Made by a program: the position numbers and the translations under genes
NCBI GenBank assembly: GCA_035084275.1
Contig: CM068749.1
Span: 18,724,001-18,788,000, forward strand
Length of the DNA: 64,000 bases
Direction of reading: 5' to 3'
Origin: Hydrolagus colliei
Taxonomy: Eukaryota
Shown: positions 39,716 through 50,341 of the stretch, piece after piece
Layout of the letters: every line of letters begins with the position of its first letter
Position numbering within the stretch: the stretch's first letter is position 1
The notes under the pieces: model-generated
The model's input: only the letters and a program-made list of their open reading frames with translations
Database searches by the model: none
What the model was told of the DNA's origin: nothing

Positions 39716-41380
39716 GTAAGTGGTTTACGTGGACAGTTTACATTGCAGCATGTGGCTGATAGATGTGGAGTTTTCTATTGGGGCTTCCATGGTTAGCTCA
39801 TCAATAAATAAAACTTTGAACATGACTATTTTACCACTACCTATTTAGAATGTTTAAACTCCACTGATCCAAACTATATTCCTCATATGTAACTTGATAT
39901 TTTAGAATTCAAATACTGTACACATTATTTAGATTTGCAATACATTTTTTGTTTTTGCAATGGACAGAGTTGCAGCTACAACTATTTATATTTCCCTCCT
40001 AACCATAAAAGCCCTGTTTTATTGATGGCTTCATTTCAAAATGGTTGAGCGCTGCTCTACTCTGAATGTTGCTGTTTGGTGTGTGTTTGTATTTTCTGCT
40101 ACAATAATGGAGTTGCATGATTTGTGACACAAGGAATTTTATGTTATTGTTCAGAATGTTTTGCTGAGAACAGAATATCTTTTACCACAACAACAACTTT
40201 CACTTATATTGTGCCCTCCACGCAAGGGCAGTGTCTTAGTGCGCTTAAGAATATTTGGAATCCCTTAGTGTGGTGTTGACTTCTATGTGCTCGATGTCCA
40301 GATCTATTGCTATTACAAGGACTTGTAGCATTTTAAGATTAGAATATGTCAGAAATATAGCAGATGACCATTATATTTTCATTTATGTTGAGGTAAAAAG
40401 ACTAATATGTAAATGGAGGGGAAATTGACCAGGTCACACTTTCTTGAGTTTGTTGACCATATTCTGGATTACATACTGGAACCATTTTGATCTATGTGTG
40501 TTTAATTAAGAATACAAGAAAAAAAATTCTTATCAAGGCCATGGCTATGACGGTAGATGATAGATAACCCCCTCATTGTGAACTACCCACTTATTAATTG
40601 AATGAAAGTTCTGCATAAATACTTGAAAAAAACCTTCAATGTTGAATATCTGTGCTGAAGTCTGTGTGTGATTTTGAAACATGTTTGCAGTGTTGAATTT
40701 TGTGATTTTGTGAAGTTGCAGCATTCCTTTTTAACTTGCTCTGTGTGGACAATATTACAATCAATACCATGCTGTGTGTGTGTGTATACATGGTATATAT
40801 ATCTTACAAAAGTACAAAAGCAGTGTTTTAATTCTCATTTCTCAGATATTCTTTGATTGTAAAGACAATAATTGTATATGTCAGAACATGAAGGAAAAAA
40901 TACTACTAGAGTTCTGACTTGGTGATGCATGTTGAAACCACCATGCCTTAGCAAAGAAATCAATCCTGCTGAGATAGGCTCTGATTAGAAAATCAGCATT
41001 CATTGAGTCTGAATGTTATTGTGTACATTATGTTCACGTTAGTTACTCTTTGATTAAAACATTAATCTCGTCATAAAGAAAAATGCTGTAGTATTTTGCT
41101 GGAAGCATTATTTTTAGCATTAAAAGGGAAATCAAAAGAACGAGTTTATTTTGAATGCCATAATGCAATAATGTTTGTATCTAAAATGACTGGTCATCCT
41201 TGTAAATTTATAGTGCTTAACTTCAGTGCAGTACTCTTAATAATTGTTTAGAAACTGAACGTATGTAGGGATGCAGCAACTTAAATGTGTTTGATGCTAT
41301 TTAAATGCTTGCATACTATTATTTGGTGTAAGCGTAGGCAGTTTGTAATAATTCCTTTCTTTTTCATATGAACTGAGAAG

Positions 41381-41395
41381 CTTTCAATAAAGCTG
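41381..41395 (+). CDS. FNBP1L: FNBP1L 15-nt microexon (LSIKL)
   Basis: Pyrimidine tract, gagaag acceptor, CTT TCA ATA AAG CTG, gtaagc donor; phase 0-0; sits where family members have a 5-aa insert before the HR1 exon. Confidence 0.8.
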
Positions 41396-41801
41396 GTAAG
41401 CGCCACATTGAACAAAATAATCTTCTAAAAAACTGTAGTACTCTATATTTTGAAAATATTTATGGTTGTCTTTTTAAAACAAACTTTCTGGGCTGTTGAA
41501 CCTTTTCTAACTCTTGGAAACTGATTTTTACTGTTTGCAAGAAATGTACTTGTTGAATTGCTTTGCTTTATTAGAGCATTTGCTGCACTGTTCTCCATTT
41601 CCACCCCCCGCAGCTCGTATTGTTTGCTAACCAAATAACACATGCGATCCATTGGTATTTTCCATCTTTAGCAGGTTGTATACGCAATTTTCTTTAATAA
41701 AAATTAAAAGCATCACGAGTGTTTCACTTTAAACCAATCTCTTCCTGGCTTCAACCTCCCTCCACCCCACACCATCCCCCAATACAAAGTCTGTATATAG
41801 C

Positions 41802-41818
41802 TTGCCACCTAGTGGGCA
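41802..41818 (-). promoter_or_regulatory. Candidate CTCF site
   Basis: Reverse strand reads tgcCCACTAGGTGGCAa, matching the CCACYAGRKGGCR core. Confidence 0.5.
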
Positions 41819-42925
41819 GGACATTTTCAGGAAGTCAATCTTCCTGCATAGAATGGCCAACCCGGGAGTCTAGTTTCCTGATTCTAAGTTAAGTAGGTTA
41901 CCCTTTGCATTAACTGCTAGAAGCCTAGGAATGCCCGCATATCATTAGTCTTGGAAAATATTAATTTAATTTATTTTTCCCATTAAGTAAACTTTATTTA
42001 ACAGAAATGTGAGTATTGAACTGACGTTGTTAGGTAATGTAGACTCGGGTGACCCCTAGCCACCTCCTTTCCAAAGGTTGAGCTAAATTACCCAGCTGCA
42101 CAATCTATATTTGCATATCCACCTACTGCTCTTTTCATCCCAGTGTATTCTAATCCATGTTTATGTGGTTTTTGTTGTATGTGTATATATATGCATATAC
42201 TGTATAATGTTGGGCTCAGTATATGAGTTTACATATTCTTTTTGCATGTTCGCTCTTATAAAGAAACGTATTGAACCAATAAGATGTACAATGAATGATA
42301 TACTTTTTGCTACCTTTTTGTGAAATTGAAGATTCCAGATGTGATCTGCTGCTGGTCTCAGCAGATTTTGTAGGCTGGTGGCAAGAGTGTGTAAACCAGC
42401 TTTGGCTAATTGATGAAAGAGAGAGAAGGCATCATTAGCTTGGGTCCCACAAATTCTGTGAACACTTTTGTAAAGTGCACTTTCGTGGAAATTTGGTTGA
42501 GAACTGGATGGGTTTAGGCATGCAGCCGATGGGTTGCATAACCTAATCATTATCTAACCGCACCCCAGTATGAGTCTCTTTCAGGAGTTTATGAGAATAA
42601 ATTCGCTGAGAAAAAAATGGAAAGCTGTCCAAATGTGGAAAGCTAATGGTGAATTGATTGCAGTAATACTCAAGGAATTGTTTGTTTAACAAAAACATTG
42701 ACAATTTTACTAAGACATAGAAAGTGAATATATGTTTGGACAGCTTTCCATTTTTTAAAAAAAAAAGTGAGTTTGAATTGAATATCTAATGGAATGTTTT
42801 TCGATCATAATGCATGAGTATAAGGGTTTGAACAGTCTGTTCTTTCCAGCCATACGCTTTTAAGACGTGCGATAATCATTAGGGGGGTATTCTGGAGTGA
42901 CCATTGGATTTCATCTTCGTTTTAG

Positions 42926-43035
42926 GGTTCTCCATTGGAAGACTTCAGTCATCTGCCACCCGAACAGAGGCGAAAGAAACTGCAGCAAAGGATTGATGAG
43001 CTGAATAAGGAGTTGCAGAAAGAAGTAGACCAAAG
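42926..43035 (+). CDS. FNBP1L: FNBP1L exon 12 (HR1 start)
   Basis: ttttag/gtatga; [37 protein letters not shown]. Confidence 0.96.
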
Positions 43036-43085
43036 GTATGAGGGCAAATAATGAACTGTTTTGCACATATAGGAGATATCTGAGT

Positions 43086-43396
43086 GGAGTCCTGCAGCTC
43101 AGTGGGTAGAGCACTCACCTCGCAAGCGAGACACCTGGATTTATTTCCAGACAGAGCGAAATCTTGGGCAAGTTTCCTTCCTCCATATGCCTGGTAATAA
43201 TCCCTTTGGGAAAACAAACAATAAAAAATTGGTCATTTCAATCCACGACTGTTTGTGGGACACTGCTATGTGCAATTGGCTGCCGTGTTTCGCCCACAAA
43301 TGTACGGTCAGTTCAATTTATAGTATATTCTGTGAAGCACTTTGAGACGTCTCAAGGACGTGAAAGGCAATAAATCAAATTCAAGGATTATTATTA
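43086..43396 (+). mobile_element. tRNA-derived SINE, full length
   Basis: gcagctcagtgggtagagc head, shared body, ggattattatta tail. Confidence 0.92.
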
Positions 43397-43583
43397 TATA
43401 TAGGAAGTGTACAATTCAAAATTATTCAACTTGAATTTTCTAAATAATAAATGAAACATAGGTGTGTCAAAGGTGAAACATTTGGTGTGGAGTTACCTGG
43501 CATGTTTATCTATCTATAATCATGTGAATGGATTGTGTCTGCTGGATAAATGAAACGTTTTCAGTTTTTTTTGCCTTAAACAG

Positions 43584-43716
43584 AGATGCCTTAAACAAAA
43601 TGAAAGATGTTTATCAACGAAATCCTCAGATGGGTGATCCTAGCAGCTTGCAACCAAGAATAGCAGAGACCATGAGCAACATTGACAAACTGCGTCAGGA
43701 GGTTCAGAAGAATGAG
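43584..43716 (+). CDS. FNBP1L: FNBP1L exon 13 (HR1)
   Basis: aaacag/gtaata; [44 protein letters not shown]. Confidence 0.96.
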
Positions 43717-43724
43717 GTAATAAT

Positions 43725-44033
43725 GGAAGTTTTGTAGCTCAGTGGTTAGAGCACTCGCCTTACAAGTGTGAGACCTGTGTTCGAATCCAGGCAGGTCAGA
43801 GCGAAACCTTGGGCAAGTTTCCTTACGTCTAATAATAATCCCTTAAAAAAAACACAATAATAAAAATTGGTCATTTCAATGCATGACTCTTTATGGGACA
43901 CTGCTGTGCGCAATTGGCTGCCGCATTTCACCCACAAATATAGTCAATTCACTTTACAGTATATTCTGTGAAGCGCTTTGAAACGTCTAGAAGATGTGAA
44001 AAGCGCTTTATCAAATGCAAGGATTATTATTAT
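43725..44033 (+). mobile_element. tRNA-derived SINE, full length
   Basis: gtagctcagtggttagagc A box, gttcgaatcc B box, near-consensus tail. Confidence 0.93.
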
Positions 44034-44520
44034 AAGCAAGAGACTTGCTATAGTTTAAAACAAAGTTACTCTGAGAACTGAGTAGTCTGCAATTGTAACA
44101 TCAACACACAAATATCCTCATTCATCCCTAATCTCATTCACTCTGTCTAAAACTATACAGTACTTGCCAACAACTGAAACAGGAGAGTCTTATCAAAAAT
44201 GTAATGGCAATAGTAAAACGCAAGAATTTGTTTGTGGTTCTTTTATGACGTCCGGATCTGTTCGAATATTGCTCCTCACATTTTGCACATTTTGGTGATC
44301 AATGCAATGATGATTGCAAACCGCTTTATTCTTAATTGCCAAAATGAAACAAGAAGTCAAGTTGTAACATCAAAATGTGTATATGAAACTGGTTGATGGA
44401 AGAATCTTGAGGATCCATTGGCTCTGTTGACATTACTGTGACACGTTTGACTTAATATATACTGTACTACTGATAGATTTTTTGGGGTTCTTAATCTATT
44501 GCTAAATTGATCTTTTAAAG

Positions 44521-44633
44521 TCATGGCTGTCTGAAGTTGAAGGCAGAGGAACTGGAAGAACAGATAGAAGGTTAAGTGCTGGCATATTTGACCGTCCTGA
44601 GTCTAATCATCATGGAACACCAGGAAGAGAAAG
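44521..44633 (+). CDS. FNBP1L: FNBP1L exon 14
   Basis: ttaaag/gtattt; SWLSEVEGRGTGRTDRRLSAGIFDRPESNHHGTPGRES. Confidence 0.92.
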
Positions 44634-45046
44634 GTATTTATGCATTTAACAACTTTTAAACAAACGTACATATGATTGTACTTGTGTACCTAGTCAACAC
44701 CTCCTCCCATTAAACAATATTTTACTTAAAATTTTAAAGTAAATTGTATTACTCCAGGCGAAGCCTTTGGTTTTAAAATTCACTCCATGTGAAAATTATT
44801 AAGTAGTCCTTTGACAATCTTTGATGGTAGGCTCCGTAATAATGTAAATTAATTCTTCTGTGAGTGATTTCTTCTGGTGCACATCCAAGAGTAATTAAAG
44901 CTAAATACCCTCTCATTTATAATCGATGCCCCTGAATGCAATTAAACAAGTTAATTTAAACCTAGACATTTATATTTAAAAAAAGAGAGCTTGGCTAAAT
45001 GTTGCAAATTGTAATTAACCTTTTTGTATCACTGGATTACCATCAG

Positions 45047-45201
45047 CCCTGAAGGGAGTTACACAGACGATGCGAACCAGGAACAAAAAGGGCATCACAG
45101 AAATCCGGACCCACGCCAGGCCCCTGAATTTGAGGATGAATTTGAAGATGATGAGCCTCTCCCTGCTATTGGCCACTGCAAATCACTGTACCCATTTGAT
45201 G
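45047..45201 (+). CDS. FNBP1L: FNBP1L exon 15 (acidic region and SH3 start)
   Basis: catcag/gtacgg; [13 protein letters not shown]...[25 protein letters not shown]. Confidence 0.96.
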
Positions 45202-45963
45202 GTACGGTTTTCAGTTTGCTCTGAACTTTACGCTTTGTGCTACACAGTATTTTCTTATCCAAATTTCCACAATATAGCAGTACCTTTTGATATTCAATTT
45301 TGTTCCTGAAAATTCTGCAACAAAAAAACATATCCTCCAGTCTGTTTATTACAAAGAACATCTTGAAAGAGTTTTCTGTATCGATTTTAACAATTTGCGA
45401 TTTTCTTTTACCTGCAATATATTTCGCAATTACTTGTGGTAAACTGGAGTGTTGGTTTAAGCAATGTGACTTATCAATTTGTTTAATGAGAATTGTTCGT
45501 TTTACATAAATATTTCCAGGTCCATTCAAGCTGCTCATGTGTTCTCCTGACTGGAATGTTTACAACAAGGCTGCAGGAAAAAAACATTTAATGAAGATTT
45601 TTTAAAAAATCAATGCAGATTCTTTGCACACGAGAACAATTTGGGAAAATGCAGTTTTGCAGAATTGACATCTAAAAGAAAAGATGCGTTAACATTTTGG
45701 GAGAGCACATCCTTCTCTTGTATTTCAAGCATTTACATTTTTTTATTTTAGATTTCCAACAATCGTGGATTTTTTGTAATTGAACTAAAAGCTGAAGTGC
45801 TTTCCAGAGCATGAACCAGGGTCGCTTGGCTACAAGCCGACTGAGAATCGCATCAGTCATTTTTGATCATTCTTACTGTAGAGCAGCCGACACCAGATAA
45901 ATTCTGCAGCTGTGTCTGAAGGCCTGTCAAATGTTAGATGTCAATTTTTTTTTATCTTCATAG

Positions 45964-46142
45964 GACAAAATGAAGGAACATTATTGATGCAAGAGGGAGA
46001 GGTAATGTATGTTATTGAAGAAGATAAAGGAGACGGTTGGACAAGAGCTCGGAAACAGAATGGAGAAGAAGGATATGTGCCAACTTCGTATATAGATATT
46101 ACGCTAGAGAAGAACAGTAAAGGTGCAGTGACTTATATATAA
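45964..46142 (+). CDS. FNBP1L: FNBP1L exon 16 (SH3); internal donor after 46122, or read-through to GAVTYI-stop
   Basis: ttcatag acceptor; [53 protein letters not shown], then G|gtgcag or GAVTYI TAA (46140-46142). Confidence 0.96.
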
Positions 46143-46936
46143 ATATAACCTGCATGTGGTTAAACGCTTACAGGGGCAGGAAAGATGGATTTCAATAGTT
46201 AACTGCAACATTAGGACTATGAATCCTTTTCCTTCCCATGTTCCTGTTATTAAATTGCTTGTTCACCATGTGAGCCAAACTTTGTTACTGAATTTAATTT
46301 TGTTTTAGATATTTGGAATACGCCAGATCTGGGTTATTGTATGTCAAAACTATTTGAAAACCGTTGAATCCTAATATTGCTTGATGCAATAATAATTGTT
46401 ATCATTCCAGTTGCATTAAATGTTGTGAATACGTATACAGGTGATGGTTCTTGGTGTTTTATACATATTTTAATTGGTTAATGATAGGTTTTTCAATTTT
46501 TGGATATAAAGTTTTGGCCACAGAATTTGTATTATTTTCCAATGTTATCTAATGCTGTTTCTTAGCAATTTCATTGATAAATTTATATAATTAAATATAC
46601 TATGTTTGCAATAAATAACCTTTGAATACAAGGGGTTCATTGAAGTATTTATGCTCATGATTCACTAAAAGCTAGACATTTCACCTACATTTTAACTAAG
46701 AATGATCTGGAGAATTTTACCCGAGTAATACTTCACTCATTTCTAGCACAAAATCTACCTTGAGCCAATTTAAGCTGAATTGATTTGAAAACCTGGGTGC
46801 CAATCTGATGCTTTCTTTAATTTAAAGGTTATTGGGTCTGTCTTAAAATTCTGCAGTTTCTACCTTTAGTTTTCTTTTCCTTTGATACAAATGAATTTAG
46901 TAATGGTGCTTTCTTTTTCTTTCCTCTGGACTGCAG

Positions 46937-46944
46937 GTTCCTGA
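46937..46944 (+). CDS. FNBP1L: FNBP1L alternative terminal exon, coding part (...KGS-stop)
   Basis: Long pyrimidine tract, ctgcag acceptor, GT TCC TGA completes G-S-stop in frame from the 46122 donor. Confidence 0.85.
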
Positions 46945-49712
46945 ATTGGTGTGTGGGTTCTTGAAACATTGGGCGAGGCATTGAAGGAAGTTGCATGCAG
47001 CTGCTCTTTTGGGTGGGGAAAGAACACTAGTTGAAAGATTGAGGCTACTAGGTGAAAAGGGAGGAGGAATTTGCATGTTCGCTTAGAGGTTTATTTCATC
47101 ACTAACATGATTAACACCATTCTCAATGTAATTCATGTGCTCTGGTAAATCAGTAATATAGTATTTCATAAGTCTAATCAATGCCAAAGTTTAATCTGTC
47201 CCAAGGTACAGCACATATAACAATATATGGCTTGACCATCAGATGGTATTTTTAAAACTGAGTGTTGTCTTTCTGTGCCATCCCACATGCTCACCCTAAT
47301 TTGCTGTTGCATGCCCTAGTACTTCAGACAAAATATTCACTTCAGAAATATTTCTACTGCACTGTTTGGCCTGTTTTATTGACGTTGTCACTGTTAGTCA
47401 ATGTCACCCCTTTGAAACATTTAGCATCTGTAGTACCATTCCATTTTCATTTGTGCTGCTACCTGTATGTGCCCTGTTCACTGCATGATTATTGTAGTGT
47501 GACCACTGTCAGTCTGCATTTAAAATCTCCCCCAAGTGCTAGTGTTCATTGTTGTTTGTATACAGTATATACATTCTCCTCCTTTCTTGCTTCTGGCCTG
47601 CAATTTTTTGTTTGAATATTGAATCAACCCAAATCAAGAGTCATTGGAAGCATGAATGGAAAAAAATCTACATTTGGCTTCAGGAAAGCAGAAAGAGTTC
47701 ACTATAAACAGAGACAATTTGCCACAGATTTTTTTTAAATAAAAAATGTGCATCGTGGGCTCTGTGAAGAAACACCAACTATATATAATTTTACCACTAT
47801 TTCACTGAACATCTGCTGCCTTAAAATCCACTGTTTTAACAGAAGAGTGCCTGAATCTGCTGACCGGCTATTTCTAGTCGTCTCTCATAGGCTTTCCTGT
47901 GTTTTAGGCTCATGACAGCTCATTGGTATGATTGATTTCTGTATTATTCTCTTGGTACTCCAGCTGCTGATGTAGGCATATATAATAGATAAATGTATTA
48001 TAATACTTGAAGAATTGTGCAACTAAATTTCAGTCTATTTATATTGTTTTTAAAACTAAAGATTTGTATGGGTTAAAACAAAATTGTTTTCGAAATGAAT
48101 GTTTTTTAAAAAAAATGTAGAATTTTATAATTTTTTTTCTCTTACCGGGTTTGACGTTTTAGAAAATAACATTTTAGTTTATACGATCTTATGATTTAAT
48201 CAGAATAGCTATACTGGTGCTGTATTCTGATGTGGCCTCAAATGTCGATGTAGGAATATGTTGACTCTTGTGGATATTGTACGTAACCTAAACCACGTGC
48301 ACTTTTTTCTTGTTAAGCAGTAATTGCAGATGTTTTTTCAGAATACTTAAAATTGCATGAAATGCAAATATTGTCCTTTTACATGCTTGTCGGTATTCAT
48401 TCCATGATCCTAATTGTAGATTTTTCTCAGTGCCGCAATGAATACGTTTCTATGTAAAGCGGGAATTTCTGTTCCTGCCTTTTTTCAAACCCAATAACTA
48501 AATATTTCTTACATTGAAGAATTGTCCACTTTAAATAGATTTTTACCAAATAGACGTATGTGTTGGTGCGCGTGAGACAGAGACGTTCCCATAATAGAAG
48601 CACGAGGAGATTGTAAAACGTGTGCGATCTTTTGCAAAGAAGCTAAATGGTCTTTTGATTTGAAGAAACAACAGTGTATTGTACAAAGAGAAACATTAGT
48701 GTTTTGTTTCAAATAATAACTTCATTAAAACCAGACAAGTTGAGATGGAAATGGCACAGATAAGGACATAACACTTGGAAGCTAGCCCAAATATGTGTTC
48801 TGCAAATATCCAGTAAAAAGCAAATAGAAGTTAATGGGAAACTTTGTATAATTACCTACACGAATAACCACCTGAAAACATTTAACTAAGTAAAAAAAAA
48901 TCATTCAATAGCATCCAACAAAACATTTTTACGCCTGTTTCACTGTGAATTCCTGTTAAGCGACTACAGTATTTGACAGATTAGATACACACTTAATTTT
49001 TCACCTAGTTAAGTACATGTAACTAATCCTTTTAAATATTAGGAATATTTGGTTTAAAAGAAATAACTTTATATAAAAAAATTCAAAGCAAAACTCTTCA
49101 TATTTCCACATATTCAGTATGTATGTGTTTTTTTTAAATTGTGTAATCAGTATAAATTGGCAGTTCAAAGTTCACTTCAAAGTGTAGCACACAATTTGTT
49201 TTGTTGTGCTTCACTGACACAAGCCAGTATGCGAGTATTGGTGATGCGATGGAAAATAATCTCTTTAAGAAGCCACTACTAAGTATGAATGATCTGATCT
49301 TTTTGATATTTTCAGAGGTTAACTGTGAAAGTCCTAGAATGTAATAGAAAAGTTATTTGCTTAGTTATAGATCTGCGGTTAGACAACTGGAGCTGATGAA
49401 TCTAGTTCTTAATGTAATGCTTTTTGCTTTGTAATGTAATTTTTAGACATGCTGCTTTTTGTGAGGAATATTTACCAGATATGAGTAAAAAGGAGAACGT
49501 TAACTCAGAAGATTGTACTTGCACATCGTAACATTTTTCAAGTTGTATACAGTGTGTGAGGATAGGGTTAAAATTGTAACTCAAAAGTTGTCGGGCAAAG
49601 TAGAATGTAGGCTGAAAAACAGCTAAGGTTTTGAATTAATGTTTATGTATGCCTTGATTTTTTGACTTGTTTTTAAAAACACTGTTTAAATTACTTTGTT
49701 GAGAATTGTTTA

Positions 49713-49718
49713 AATAAA
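49713..49718 (+). terminator. Candidate distal FNBP1L poly(A) signal
   Basis: AATAAA at the end of a 2.8-kb AT-rich stretch lacking obvious repeats, just before repeats resume at about 50070. Confidence 0.45.
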
Positions 49719-50068
49719 TTAATGTATTCCACAGAGTTTTGTCCTATTTAAGTACCCGTTATATTGACTAATGTTTCACTTTGAAATTAAACCACTTTGA
49801 TAATTACTCACAGAAGTTGTTAGAACCGATTTCTGTGTTCTGTAAAACGCATTCAGTGGTAATGAATGTTCCCTTTGCTTTGTGGCTGTTTGCATTTGTG
49901 AAATTAGACACATCTAAAATGTTACGGAAAAGCGCATTGGCTTTATTCATAGCAATGAATCATTTGAGGCCATTTAATTTAAACATACAGTACATTCTTT
50001 CACTGAGTCCGCGTAGTCCAAGGAGACAATATCTCACATGCGCAGCATTACCCTCGATCCATATGCAT

Positions 50069-50341
50069 AACAACAACAAAATTACATTTGTATAGCACCT
50101 TTCGCGCTAATAATAATCCCTGAAAAAAACTAATAAAACTGGTCACTTCAATCCACAACTGCTTACAGGACACTGCTGTACGTAATTGGCTGCTGTGTTT
50201 CATCCACAGTGAATTCACTTTACAGTATATTCTGTGAATATACTGTATAGCTTTGAGACGTCTAGAAGACGTGAAAAGTGCTGTATCAAATGCAAGGATA
50301 ATTATTATTATTTCACATCAGGAGGACATCCCAAGGTGCTG
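50069..50341. mobile_element. 5'-truncated SINE (+, 50106-50310) nested in an L2 3' end (-)
   Basis: L2 tail attacatttgtatagcacc-tttc[g/a]c-atcaggaggacatcccaagg is split by the SINE body and tail. Confidence 0.85.

Noticed and set aside
43725-43800. tRNA-like sequences with A and B boxes (also at 15281, 25046, 27783, 29293, 34447, 43086, 58797)
   Set aside because: Each continues into the same body and tail and is variably mutated, so these are SINE heads rather than tRNA genes.
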